A DNA stretch of 64,000 nucleotides from a virus (lineage: Duplodnaviria > Caudoviricetes). Of the stretch, positions 1-9,129 are shown one piece after another (within the stretch, counting starts at the first letter, position 1; each line of letters opens with the position of its first letter). A model generated the notes under the pieces. It was not told the DNA's origin, did not search any database, and was given only the letters and a program-made list of their open reading frames with translations. The DNA is taken from IMG/VR virus record IMGVR_UViG_3300005323_000003, positions 355-64,354 of that record, one strand, 5' to 3'. The position numbers were made by a program, and so were the translations under genes.

Positions 1-152
1 TGCCAAAGTGCAGGGAGTGCGGCTATAACTATATCGCAATTACTATTTACAACAAAAGATTTTGCAAGCATACAGATGCCAAAGCAAAGGATATAAGCAA
101 TTATAAAACCTCTCCCCGCTGGTGCCCGTTACGGAAGAAGGATGATAAATGA
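1..152 (+). CDS. Small Cys-rich phage protein (start codon cut by window edge)
   Basis: (A)TG CCA AAG TGC... reads MPKCRECGY...SPRWCPLRKKDDK; TGA overlaps the next ATG. Confidence 0.6.
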   Translation, partial: PKCRECGYNYIAITIYNKRFCKHTDAKAKDISNYKTSPRWCPLRKKDDK

Positions 153-418
153 ACTTTACCGATCAATTGAACGTACTGCAAAACATGTTTTTGGAATTGG
201 AAAGAGAAAACGCATGGTTGGAGCAGGAAAACAAACGCCAGGCAGAAGAAATAACCAGACTCAAATCTCAACCTGCTCCCAACCCGGAAGCAGATGAATT
301 TATAAGGCTTATGGGGCCGCACATGGCCCCTATAGAGGCGAAATACGATGAACCTAACTCGACACTTACGGAATCAATGCGCGAGCTTGTACGGGCTTAC
401 AGACTGGCTAAAAGTTAA
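149..418 (+). CDS. Hypothetical coiled-coil protein
   Basis: 89-aa ORF with ATGA overlap. Confidence 0.7.
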   Translation: MNFTDQLNVLQNMFLELERENAWLEQENKRQAEEITRLKSQPAPNPEADEFIRLMGPHMAPIEAKYDEPNSTLTESMRELVRAYRLAKS

Positions 419-438
419 ATTAAGAGGGAGGGGATCAC

Positions 439-597
439 ATGCAAGATTGGCAAAAACCTACCGTTAAACAGCTTAATTACGCTCACAATTTAGCTGAAGA
501 ACTGCGTATCGAGGATAACTATAACTGGCAGGAAATGACTAAGCAGGAATTGTCTGAACTGATTGACGAGCTTAAAGATAGGCTTGGTTATAAGTAG
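439..597 (+). CDS. Small hypothetical protein (52 aa)
   Basis: RBS GAGGGAGG; MQDWQKPTVKQLNYAHNLAEEL...; below the ORF-track cutoff. Confidence 0.65.
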   Translation: MQDWQKPTVKQLNYAHNLAEELRIEDNYNWQEMTKQELSELIDELKDRLGYK

Positions 598-611
598 GGG
601 AGGGGATAAAT

Positions 612-1460
612 TTGAATCGCATAGCCAGAGTATTCCCGAGAATTACAAATGCAACGCCATGCGATGAATATACGTTCTACGCTGAACCGGGACTGTTTTT
701 ACCGGAAATCGATGAAGTTCATATATCTGTTACCTTCACCTACGATTTACCCAAGGCTGATCAGTTGGAAAAACTATGGCGGAACGTAGCTCCGGTAAAT
801 ATTGGTGGTCCTGCATTAGGCGAGGAATATAAATTAGGTGAATTTATACCAGGAATGTATGTAAAACCAGGATACGTTATTACCTCTCGCGGTTGCCCAA
901 ATGCTGGAACGGGTAAATGTTGGTTTTGCAGTGAACCGAAAGGGCCAATAGAACTTGAAATAAAAGAGGGTAACAATGTTTTAGACCCAAATCTTTTGGC
1001 CTGCTCTGATGCCCACGTTAAAAAGGTATTTGAAATGCTAAAGATCCAAAAGTACGGAAAACCGATGTTTACAGGTGGACTTGATGCGGAAAGGCTAAAA
1101 GATTGGCACGTTGAGGAATTATTTAAGCTAAAGCCGAAAGAAATGTTTTTCGCCTACGATACGCCAGATGATTATGAGCCTTTACTTGAAGCAGGGAAGA
1201 AATTATTACAGGCTGGATTTACAACCGCATCACATACGCTCAGATGTTATGTATTGATCGGTTGGCCTAAAGATACCTTTGAGCAGGCAGAACAAAGATT
1301 AATGGACACAATTAACGCCGGTTTTGTTCCCATGGCAATGCTTTATAGAGATAAGCAGGGAAAGGTAAGTAAGGAGTGGAAAAGATTTCAACGCTTTTGG
1401 GCAAGACCAGCAACGGTAAATTTAAAAATTAAGAACCCGGAAGTGGAGGCGATTTTATGA
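612..1460 (+). CDS. Phage radical SAM-like protein
   Basis: TSRGCPNAGTGKCWFC cysteine cluster, then NVLDPNLLA, FTGGLD, CYVLIGWP motifs. Confidence 0.75.
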   Translation: MNRIARVFPRITNATPCDEYTFYAEPGLFLPEIDEVHISVTFTYDLPKADQLEKLWRNVAPVNIGGPALGEEYKLGEFIPGMYVKPGYVITSRGCPNAGTGKCWFCSEPKGPIELEIKEGNNVLDPNLLACSDAHVKKVFEMLKIQKYGKPMFTGGLDAERLKDWHVEELFKLKPKEMFFAYDTPDDYEPLLEAGKKLLQAGFTTASHTLRCYVLIGWPKDTFEQAEQRLMDTINAGFVPMAMLYRDKQGKVSKEWKRFQRFWARPATVNLKIKNPEVEAIL

Positions 1461-1666
1461 ACAACACCCCCAAATTAGTATACCTGCCCGGAACAGAGAC
1501 TAACATAACCGTAACCCGCGAGTCCAGGGTGCAGATACCGCCGCTTGCCAGGATGCACAGCAGGAGGAATAAGGCCGTTGAGTTTGTGGCTTACATGGTC
1601 ATAATTGCGGCGTTTGTCGGGGGGTGCTTTGGGTTTTTCGCGGTGCTGGATTGGATTGTTAAATAG
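1457..1666 (+). CDS. Small membrane protein
   Basis: C-terminal hydrophobic helix; ATGA overlap. Confidence 0.6.
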   Translation: MNNTPKLVYLPGTETNITVTRESRVQIPPLARMHSRRNKAVEFVAYMVIIAAFVGGCFGFFAVLDWIVK

Positions 1667-1680
1667 ATAGGAGTGATCTA

Positions 1681-2310
1681 ATGGAAAAGCGATTATTCGT
1701 CCCGCAGGAGTTAATTCCTACACTGATAACCGGGGCTAAGACGATGCACCGGGTAGTGCTTAAGCCGCAACCCGATGAAAAATATACCTTTCTTCATGGA
1801 GTTTGCACTTCATCGATTGATGATAAAAACGTTGGCCGTATTGGATTTGGGCCTAGTGATGTGCTGGTAAAACAATTCATCAAGCTTCCCTTTCAAGTTG
1901 GGGATTTGTGTTGGGTTCCTGAAGCGTGGTGCATATTTGAAGCATTCCATATAATTGATCATAAACTTTATGCCTATAAAGCAGATTGTCCATCTGGCAG
2001 CGAAGGGGATGAATGCAGAAAATATTATATTTCATTGGGATATCCGTATCAATGGCGTTCCTCTGCCACAATGCCCAAGTCCGCCGCCCGAATCTGGCTG
2101 GAAGTGACAGGAACGAAAGTTGAGAGGTTGCGGAGCATAACGGAAGAGGACGCGGAAAGAGAAGGTTTGATTGATTTGTTTGTTTTTCCAAATACTTGTA
2201 CAGCCAGAGAGAAATTTACGGAAATATGGAATTATTACGCCAAGCTTGGCCACGATTGGAACGCGAATGATTGGGTGCAAGTATTGGAACTTAGGAGGGT
2301 TGAAAGATGA
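1681..2310 (+). CDS. ASCH/PUA-like phage protein
   Basis: GAKTMHRVV ... WRSSATMPKSAARIWLEVTGTKVERLRSITEEDAEREG family motif. Confidence 0.65.
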   Translation: MEKRLFVPQELIPTLITGAKTMHRVVLKPQPDEKYTFLHGVCTSSIDDKNVGRIGFGPSDVLVKQFIKLPFQVGDLCWVPEAWCIFEAFHIIDHKLYAYKADCPSGSEGDECRKYYISLGYPYQWRSSATMPKSAARIWLEVTGTKVERLRSITEEDAEREGLIDLFVFPNTCTAREKFTEIWNYYAKLGHDWNANDWVQVLELRRVER

Positions 2311-2708
2311 ATTTAAACGAGTGGAGAGATGAAATACACGCAGTAGCTATAGAACACGGTTGGTGGACAGAAGAAAGGTCGTTCGGGGATATTATAGCTC
2401 TTTGCCACAGCGAACTTTCAGAAGCTTTAGAAGAATATAGGGATGGCAGGCCAATGGTTTTGAATCATTGCAACTTAGACGACGAAATAAACTGCGAACC
2501 GGGAGCATATTACCATACTGTTCATTGTTGCTCGAATTGCGGACATAAAGATGTTAAACCCGAAGGTATAGCCATCGAACTTGCAGACTGTATAATCCGC
2601 ATACTTGATTATTGCGGTCACGCTGGAATTGATATTGAGGATGCAATTCTGATGAAACATGAATTTAATAAGACTAGACCGTGGAGACATAATGGGAAGG
2701 TGATTTAA
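2307..2708 (+). CDS. MazG-like nucleotide pyrophosphohydrolase
   Basis: IALCHSELSEALEEYR ... ELADCIIRILDYCG ... KHEFNKTRPWRH. Confidence 0.8.
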   Translation: MNLNEWRDEIHAVAIEHGWWTEERSFGDIIALCHSELSEALEEYRDGRPMVLNHCNLDDEINCEPGAYYHTVHCCSNCGHKDVKPEGIAIELADCIIRILDYCGHAGIDIEDAILMKHEFNKTRPWRHNGKVI

Positions 2709-2884
2709 TGAAATACAACATTCTCCGCTCAATCGATGCTGGTTACCCGGTCGCAGAGGATAAACCGAATGGTTTGAGCGCAGCCAGAGGTATTATTAAC
2801 GGGCGGATTATCTCGATAGCGTTTTGGGTTGCTTTTATTGCTGGTGGATGCATTTGGATGCTTTTAAAGATGGGAGGTTATTGA
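2708..2884 (+). CDS. Small membrane protein (58 aa)
   Basis: TAATG overlap; IISIAFWVAFIAGGCIWMLL hydrophobic segment. Confidence 0.55.
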   Translation: MKYNILRSIDAGYPVAEDKPNGLSAARGIINGRIISIAFWVAFIAGGCIWMLLKMGGY

Positions 2885-2887
2885 AAG

Positions 2888-3286
2888 ATGAGTTATTGGT
2901 ATTGCCCGAATTGCCAAGAAGAATTATCTGGTAGCAGGGTAACTTATCAGGAATTATGCGATACATGCGGAACCCGTGTTTTATGTGTAGATGAAACAAT
3001 TGACTCTGACCGCCTGCAGGAAATTTGCAAGGCCGAGGCAGAGGGCAGGCTGGTTGTTCTGCCATGCAAGGTGGGAGATACGGTTTACTTTGCTTATTCA
3101 GGTTGCGAAAAAATCAACGATGCTAAAGTAAGCGGTTTTTGGGTTGCTGAAAAATGGATTCAATTACAACTTACTAATGGTTCTACTTTTACATGTTGGG
3201 ATGGCCCCAATAATTATTTCGGCAAAACCGTTTTCCTCTCCAAAGAGGCTGCAGAGGCCGCGCTAGGAGATAAAGCCAATGGCTGA
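2888..3286 (+). CDS. Conserved phage protein with N-terminal Zn ribbon
   Basis: CPNC...CDTCG; EAEGRLVVLPCKVGDTVY; FGKTVFLSKEAAEAAL. Confidence 0.7.
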   Translation: MSYWYCPNCQEELSGSRVTYQELCDTCGTRVLCVDETIDSDRLQEICKAEAEGRLVVLPCKVGDTVYFAYSGCEKINDAKVSGFWVAEKWIQLQLTNGSTFTCWDGPNNYFGKTVFLSKEAAEAALGDKANG

Positions 3287-3872
3287 ATCTGAATTAACAA
3301 AAGAAATAAAACTAGCACTGCGCGATTATGCACCGCAAATGAAAAGCAAAATGAGAACCATCAGATGGGCCGAAGAGGTAGACGTTGGAACTGGTTATGT
3401 AGACGCTATTCGATTTGAAGATTATGTTGAGCGTGATGATAGTTTTTGCGCACGCCCAACATGCAAAATTGATGGCCGAGAGTATCCCTGCAAGGATTGC
3501 ACTGGATGCGTTTTTATCCGCAGACGCTACGAATTAGGAATTTTGACAACTTGCTTTGAAATTAAGATATCTAAAAGTGATTTTAAATCTCACAACGGGC
3601 ACAACTTTGTTGGCAATAGAAATTATTATGTCATACCTAAAGAACTATATAAACAAATTGTTGATTTAGTACCAGAAGATGTAGGCATTATTTTATACCA
3701 CGGACACAGATGCCTAATTAAGAAAAAGGACAGTGCCCATAAAGATATTGATCAAAGTGATTTATCCAGGTTTTTATACAATGCTTTGAAGAAATGGGCA
3801 GATGGATATTACAGGGGGGATATAGTTGACCACAACCCAAACCCAACACTACCAGCGCATGGACCTATATAA
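3279..3872 (+). CDS. PD-(D/E)XK nuclease-like protein (MmcB-like)
   Basis: VDAI...FEIKISKSDFKS...NRNYYVIP. Confidence 0.6.
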   Translation: MAESELTKEIKLALRDYAPQMKSKMRTIRWAEEVDVGTGYVDAIRFEDYVERDDSFCARPTCKIDGREYPCKDCTGCVFIRRRYELGILTTCFEIKISKSDFKSHNGHNFVGNRNYYVIPKELYKQIVDLVPEDVGIILYHGHRCLIKKKDSAHKDIDQSDLSRFLYNALKKWADGYYRGDIVDHNPNPTLPAHGPI

Positions 3873-4140
3873 GCAAGGCTTAAACGACTACGAAATAGCA
3901 GCAGAACTTAATTTATGTGAAAGCACAATACGATACTGGCGCAACACGCATCGTCTTAAGCGCAATGAATTACCTTACACGGTACGTATGGAGCAGGCGT
4001 TAACTCCGTCACAGTGTGAGAAGATGAGGAAGTTTTTGGATTGTCTTACGACGTACCAGGATCGGTTTCCGGAGAATAAAATTGATGTTGGGTTGTTTAT
4101 TAAGGAGTACCGAGAGGTTATGGCGAGGGAAGAAAGATAA
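3859..4140 (+). CDS. HTH DNA-binding protein
   Basis: LYKQGLNDYEIAAELNLCESTIRYWR; ATG 3859 preferred over the track start 3826. Confidence 0.65.
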   Translation: MDLYKQGLNDYEIAAELNLCESTIRYWRNTHRLKRNELPYTVRMEQALTPSQCEKMRKFLDCLTTYQDRFPENKIDVGLFIKEYREVMAREER

Positions 4141-4182
4141 TTTAGTTGTAGGCGAGGGAATGGCAGGGGGAGGGGATAAAGA

Positions 4183-5055
4183 TTGGCTAGGCCGCTTAAA
4201 GAGGGAATGGATTATTTTCCGCATGATGTAAATGCTACTTCCGATAAAAAAATAGAGGCCTTGCGTGCTTTATATGGGAATGACGGGTATGCTTTTTACT
4301 TTATTATGCTGGAACAAATATATCAGGAATCAAGCTTTGAATTATTAATTTCTGACGCAGAAACTAGGGAAGAAACGTTGCTGATATTATCCAAAAAGAT
4401 AGGTATTACACAAGAAAAATTCACGCAGATATTAAACACTGCTTTGAAATGGGGTTGTTTTGATAAGAAAAGTTTTAATGATCATGGCGTTTTAACTAGT
4501 AACGGCATTAAAAAACGGGCCAATGTAGTAACGGAAAAGCGCGATAGAATGCGCGAAAGATACCACCAAGAGAAGCAAGTAATTTCTGACGCAGAAACTA
4601 GGGAAGAAACAGAGGAAAAAACACCACAAAGTAAAGTAAAGAAAAGTAAAGAAAAGGAAAGTAATAAATCTATTATCGAAATTGAAAAATTTCGGTCAAG
4701 GTACTCTTCTGAACAATTAAAAATAATTGATCAATATTTTGAAATACTGCGGACAACTAGGAGAAGCGGAACTATATCTGAAAGCGTTATCTGCGATATA
4801 TACAAACAAATGAATAAATACGATCCTGTTATTGTAAATCATGCTTGTAAAGTCGTAATTTCAAGACCTGAATTACATGATAAGCGAGAAAATTATTTTG
4901 TTGGAATACTTAACAAAACTACCATGGCAGAAGCGCTCAAGGGTATGCAGACAGGTTCAAGGGCAAGTCCTGCACGCGAATCTCAGCAGGACAAATTATC
5001 AAGAGCGTTGGCAGAATTGGAGGCTGAGGAAAATGCAAAAGCAACAAGTGAATGA
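4183..5055 (+). CDS. Phage replication initiator (DUF4373/Lin1244-like N-terminus)
   Basis: RPLKEGMDYFPHDV...DKKIEALRALYGNDGYAFYFIMLEQIY; central low-complexity linker; followed by a helicase-loader-type gene. Confidence 0.75.
   Translation: MARPLKEGMDYFPHDVNATSDKKIEALRALYGNDGYAFYFIMLEQIYQESSFELLISDAETREETLLILSKKIGITQEKFTQILNTALKWGCFDKKSFNDHGVLTSNGIKKRANVVTEKRDRMRERYHQEKQVISDAETREETEEKTPQSKVKKSKEKESNKSIIEIEKFRSRYSSEQLKIIDQYFEILRTTRRSGTISESVICDIYKQMNKYDPVIVNHACKVVISRPELHDKRENYFVGILNKTTMAEALKGMQTGSRASPARESQQDKLSRALAELEAEENAKATSE
4346..4610 (+). repeat. 31-bp exact direct repeat (putative origin iterons) inside the initiator gene
   Basis: TAATTTCTGACGCAGAAACTAGGGAAGAAAC at 4346-4376 and 4580-4610. 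Confidence 0.8.
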
Positions 5056-5314
5056 AATTATGTTGTTGATAACAGGGGCATATCAGAATTTTGAACCAAC
5101 GAAAGAGCGCGTAAAGACATGGCGCATGATGTTGGAAGATATGGAGTATGAGCTTGCTGTTAAAAGAATTAAGCAGCATATTTTAACATCGAAGTTTCCG
5201 CCGACGATAGCGGAGATTATAAATCCAGATGAAGCGGCTAAACGGAAGCAAAAAAATGATCCAGACACGCAAAGTCCGGCAGCGTTAATGAACGGAGGAT
5301 ATATATTGATGTAG
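5033..5314 (+). CDS. Replicative helicase loader/inhibitor, G39P-like
   Basis: TWRMMLEDMEYELAVKRIKQHILTSKFPPTIAEI; start reassigned from 4877 to ATG 5033. Confidence 0.75.
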   Translation: MQKQQVNEIMLLITGAYQNFEPTKERVKTWRMMLEDMEYELAVKRIKQHILTSKFPPTIAEIINPDEAAKRKQKNDPDTQSPAALMNGGYILM

Positions 5315-5360
5315 CTAAAGCGCAAACTGGCATAACAACAAGAAGGGGGATTGATAAGGG

Positions 5361-5627
5361 TTGAAAATTAACGATGATTGGCAATTAGTATCCGAAGAGC
5401 TAAACGTTACTTTGCAACGGCGCAAGGTATATGAAAAAGGTAGCAAAATAGGGCAGGAATATTGGTCAAACATTGCTTACTGCCATACGCCGCAAGATGC
5501 ACTTAAGTATTTAATCAAGCGTGAAATTATGGGTGACGGAATGGAAGACCTGAAAACGATTTGCGACAAGATAGACCATTTATATGCCGATATTGACAGG
5601 CTTAAAATAGCAAAGGCTGATTTATAA
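5361..5627 (+). CDS. Hypothetical phage protein
   Basis: 88-aa ORF with RBS in a tightly packed operon. Confidence 0.65.
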   Translation: MKINDDWQLVSEELNVTLQRRKVYEKGSKIGQEYWSNIAYCHTPQDALKYLIKREIMGDGMEDLKTICDKIDHLYADIDRLKIAKADL

Positions 5628-5647
5628 CAAGAAGGGGGATTGAGGGG

Positions 5648-5887
5648 ATGGCAAGTATTCATATGTGCGCCGATATTCGCGGAATGCTCGAAGACAACAC
5701 GCGAAAAGGATCGTTAAAAAATACCTTCACAGACGATGACGGCCGTAAATTGTCCCACGAAGAGGCAAGAGATTATTTATACGATTGTTTAGCAAAAGGT
5801 TGGAAAGTATTTCCCTATGGTGAATGCGATAACTTTGATTATCAAACTGGGTGCAAAGGGCATACCAAGGAAGATGTGACTGATTAA
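5648..5887 (+). CDS. Hypothetical phage protein
   Basis: 79 aa; GWKVFPYGECDNFDYQTGCKGH. Confidence 0.65.
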   Translation: MASIHMCADIRGMLEDNTRKGSLKNTFTDDDGRKLSHEEARDYLYDCLAKGWKVFPYGECDNFDYQTGCKGHTKEDVTD

Positions 5888-5895
5888 ACGGGGGA

Positions 5896-6330
5896 GTGAA
5901 AAGGATGGATAGGGAGATAAAATTTCGCGGGAAACGTTTAGATGGAGCGGGCTGGGTATACGGCTATTATTTACCATTAAGACATGATGATAATTCTCAC
6001 ATGCATTATTTTATTGTGCCTTTGGACGAAAACACGGAAACGCCGGACGAAGGACTATTAATCGAGGTTGATTCCGAAACCGTAAGCCAGTATACCGATT
6101 TTAAAGACAAAAATGGTGTTGAGATTTACGAGAAAGACATTATTAGAATTAACGAACTAACATTTAATTCATCTGGGAAGTTGCCAGAAAATTTGAATGT
6201 TGTTTTTTGTTATGGAGAATTTCAATTATTCAGGGGGAAACAATCTTTGATGGGACTTAATTTATTGTATATAAAAGACGGCGAGGTAATCGGCAACACC
6301 ACAGACAACCCCGACCTGCTGGAGTCCTAG
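5896..6330 (+). CDS. YopX family protein
   Basis: REIKFRGKRLD...WVYG...ETVSQYTDFKDKNGVEIYEKDII...EVIGN. Confidence 0.85.
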   Translation: MKRMDREIKFRGKRLDGAGWVYGYYLPLRHDDNSHMHYFIVPLDENTETPDEGLLIEVDSETVSQYTDFKDKNGVEIYEKDIIRINELTFNSSGKLPENLNVVFCYGEFQLFRGKQSLMGLNLLYIKDGEVIGNTTDNPDLLES

Positions 6331-6332
6331 CC

Positions 6333-6521
6333 ATGCCGCGCAACAACAAAAACGCCAAGTGCGTTAACCGCAAAATTCACCAAAACACATACAAGCCTCC
6401 GCAGCGCAGACGTATCACGGGAACGATCCATTACGACGACCAGGATAAGGAAATCAAGCCGGAGGGGTACGGGGTAGTTTTACACGGGGGCTATTCTCAT
6501 AGATGGTTGGGAGTAGGGTAG
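6333..6521 (+). CDS. Hypothetical protein
   Basis: 62-aa ORF filling the gap in the operon. Confidence 0.5.
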   Translation: MPRNNKNAKCVNRKIHQNTYKPPQRRRITGTIHYDDQDKEIKPEGYGVVLHGGYSHRWLGVG

Positions 6522-6692
6522 ATGGTTAAATTCCCAGACAAAATTAACAAGTTAAAACAAATCAAGCAGCAATGCCCGTGCATAGGCTGCAAAAACGAAT
6601 TTCCAAATAGCTACACGTTACCCAAGGAATGCGCCGACTGCAAAAAATATGATGAGTACGTAAAGAAACTGGAAGATGCGAGGAAAGATTAG
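6522..6692 (+). CDS. Small Cys-containing protein (56 aa)
   Basis: MVKFPDK...CPCIGCKN...CADCKKY; abuts the previous stop. Confidence 0.55.
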   Translation: MVKFPDKINKLKQIKQQCPCIGCKNEFPNSYTLPKECADCKKYDEYVKKLEDARKD

Positions 6693-6711
6693 GTAGAAGG
6701 GAGAGGGAAAA

Positions 6712-7206
6712 ATGGAAAAAATCAAATGTAATTGCTCAACGTGCAAGCACGGCAAAGAAGGTAAACCATACTTTTATGATCTTTGCCTACAATGCGGGAA
6801 TAATTCTAATTATGTACCGCAGACTCCACCTAAGCCGGAACAGGCCGCAAACCAGGAACCGGCTCGGGAAGAGAAGGAGCCTGCACAAAACAGTATAGCA
6901 GAGAAGGAAATCACGGTAAAAGAAGTTTTACTTTATGAACTTGAACAGCAGGAAGCAAAGTACGAACCAACCGACAACGACTACAACGACGAACCGCAAC
7001 GCAAAACCTTTACCAGTTATCAGTACAATGCTCTTTTAAACGATACCGAGGAACGTCAATCAGCGTTATCTAAATACTGCGAACGGCAGGCTTTTAACTC
7101 GATGCTTAAACGCTGGGCCGGGGAGGTTTTTGAGCATACTGGGCTAAGCCGAAAGCGGAAACTGGAAATGATTGGAAAGTTGCTTGATTTGGAGGTGGAA
7201 GCGTGA
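6712..7206 (+). CDS. Hypothetical protein, Cys-rich N-terminus
   Basis: 164-aa ORF with strong RBS. Confidence 0.65.
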   Translation: MEKIKCNCSTCKHGKEGKPYFYDLCLQCGNNSNYVPQTPPKPEQAANQEPAREEKEPAQNSIAEKEITVKEVLLYELEQQEAKYEPTDNDYNDEPQRKTFTSYQYNALLNDTEERQSALSKYCERQAFNSMLKRWAGEVFEHTGLSRKRKLEMIGKLLDLEVEA

Positions 7207-7409
7207 AAGTTTGGGAAAAAATAAGTGAATTTAAAGACGCAAAAGAATGGAATAAAGAGCGCATAGCATCAGAATGTTATATGCACAGATATTGTCCTGT
7301 TGATATTGAGGAAGATAATCATTTTATCGGAAATAAAGATTTTTGTAATACACATAAATGCGATATGGAATGTCTTAACGATTATTTGGATATGGAGGTG
7401 AGTGCGTGA
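7203..7409 (+). CDS. Hypothetical protein
   Basis: 68 aa; GTGA overlap. Confidence 0.6.
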   Translation: MKVWEKISEFKDAKEWNKERIASECYMHRYCPVDIEEDNHFIGNKDFCNTHKCDMECLNDYLDMEVSA

Positions 7410-7840
7410 ACATAGACGAAATGCAGGCTGGAAGAGAAATGGATGCAGCAATAGCTACTTACGTAATGAAATTTATACCGTCTTGGGGAAATTGGTGGCT
7501 TGGTAAAAATTATGGAGAAATGAACTGTGATATAAATAAAGCCGAATCGTGGTCTTTTGAATCTATTAACGGCGTTGAGTATAGGGGTAAAAAATATCAA
7601 AGCATAACGACCATTTATTGGAACCCATCGAGAGATATAGCGGTAACATGGAAAGTGGTTGAATATATGATGAAAAATTCCTGGATGATCCGATTGATGA
7701 CTGATAATTTTACCGGAGATCCGCACAAATGGGTAGCTACTATCCTAATGAGTGAAAAGGAATATATATCTAGCGCAGAAACCGCGCCACTAGCCATCTG
7801 CCGCGCCGCACTTAAAACTGTGGGGGTGAACGAGATATGA
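7406..7840 (+). CDS. Phage ABA-sandwich-domain protein
   Basis: AGREMDAAIA...PSRDIAVTWKVVE...AETAPLAICRAALK. Confidence 0.7.
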   Translation: MNIDEMQAGREMDAAIATYVMKFIPSWGNWWLGKNYGEMNCDINKAESWSFESINGVEYRGKKYQSITTIYWNPSRDIAVTWKVVEYMMKNSWMIRLMTDNFTGDPHKWVATILMSEKEYISSAETAPLAICRAALKTVGVNEI

Positions 7841-8175
7841 GCAAAATGCAACGCGACAAAGGTAATCGTTTTGAGCGCGCAATCGTTAATGCATTTAAAG
7901 CCAACAACATAGAGGCAAAGCGTGTACCGCTATCAGGGGCTACTAATTTCGCTAAAGGTGACGTTTTAGCAGAGGGCAAAGGGAAAACATACCAGCTTGA
8001 ATTAAAGGCGCGTCAGAACGGATTTAAACAGCTATATGGGTGGATAGATGGGAATGATGCGCTTGTGATTAAGGCGGACAGGCAGGAGGCACTCGTAGTT
8101 TTACCGTTGAGCGAATTTATTAATTTGATTAAGCCGGATGATGAAATAAAGCAGGAAGATTTCACACCGAGCTAA
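7837..8175 (+). CDS. Holliday junction resolvase (Hjc-like)
   Basis: KGNRFER...AKRVPLSGA...GDV...ELKAR. Confidence 0.75.
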   Translation: MSKMQRDKGNRFERAIVNAFKANNIEAKRVPLSGATNFAKGDVLAEGKGKTYQLELKARQNGFKQLYGWIDGNDALVIKADRQEALVVLPLSEFINLIKPDDEIKQEDFTPS

Positions 8176-8205
8176 TACAATGATTCGGCGTATTAGGGAG
8201 GTAAT

Positions 8206-8577
8206 TTGATGGACAGTAAAAGAATAGACGAACTTTGGAAACAGGTACATCAAAAAGAAACAAATATGCTTGGAATAAAAGCCGGAGAATACGCCATGGG
8301 TGACGAACGGCTTTATAACTTTATTGAGGGCGCAAGACTTATGAATTGCTCTATACCGCAAACGGCATGGGCTTATTTAACAAAGCATTTGATATCGATT
8401 CAAAAATCAACAAGCGAAGGAAAATACAATTTTACGTGGGCAGTAAAGCAGGAAGATGGAACGTACACAGAAGGAATCATTCAAAAAATCATTGACGCGC
8501 GTAATTATTTGTTTTTAATGCTTTGCTGCATGGAAGAAGAATCAGGCGTAAAAACACGTTTGGACATGGAGGGATAG
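8206..8577 (+). CDS. Putative nucleotide-modification-associated alpha-helical protein
   Basis: KAGEYA...RLYNF...AYLTKHL...KIIDARNYLFLM pattern. Confidence 0.45.
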   Translation: MMDSKRIDELWKQVHQKETNMLGIKAGEYAMGDERLYNFIEGARLMNCSIPQTAWAYLTKHLISIQKSTSEGKYNFTWAVKQEDGTYTEGIIQKIIDARNYLFLMLCCMEEESGVKTRLDMEG

Positions 8578-8580
8578 CCG

Positions 8581-9129
8581 ATGGCCTACCCAAAAGCCCA
8601 AGATGGGCGCGTTGAAATGTATGAGCAGGGATTAACTGATAAGCAAATAGCCGCAAAACTGGGAGTAAAAAAGCACTCTATCGAAATGTGGAGATTTAAA
8701 AACGATTTACCTTGCAATCGGGCAATAAAGCACTCAGAGATTCCGTTGAAGGAAAAGCTTGACGAACGTATGCGGCTTTATAACGAAAAAATGACAGACG
8801 TTGAGATAGCCAAAATTCAAGGAGTTAAAACATCAGTGATCAGCAATTGGCGTAAACGTCAAGATTTACCCGGAAATGGCAAGAGTTCGTATTGCAAATC
8901 AAGCAAATGCTGGTCATGCACCAGGGCAAACGCTAACCCGGATCCTGTAGGATGCGCGTTCCATAGGAGGTATCATTTGCCGGTTTACGAGGCGGCGGAA
9001 GTAACAGTCAGATACAACCACGCGACAGAATACAAAACCGTTATTGTTACGGACTGCAAGCATTATGATTTATCGCTAAGGGACATGCGGGATCGGAATA
9101 TAGGGAGAAAGGCGAGGATTGAGGAATGA
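8581..9129 (+). CDS. Protein with two tandem HTH modules and a Cys-rich tail
   Basis: MYEQGLTDKQIAAKLGV...WR and LYNEKMTDVEIAKIQGV...WR. Confidence 0.65.
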   Translation: MAYPKAQDGRVEMYEQGLTDKQIAAKLGVKKHSIEMWRFKNDLPCNRAIKHSEIPLKEKLDERMRLYNEKMTDVEIAKIQGVKTSVISNWRKRQDLPGNGKSSYCKSSKCWSCTRANANPDPVGCAFHRRYHLPVYEAAEVTVRYNHATEYKTVIVTDCKHYDLSLRDMRDRNIGRKARIEE

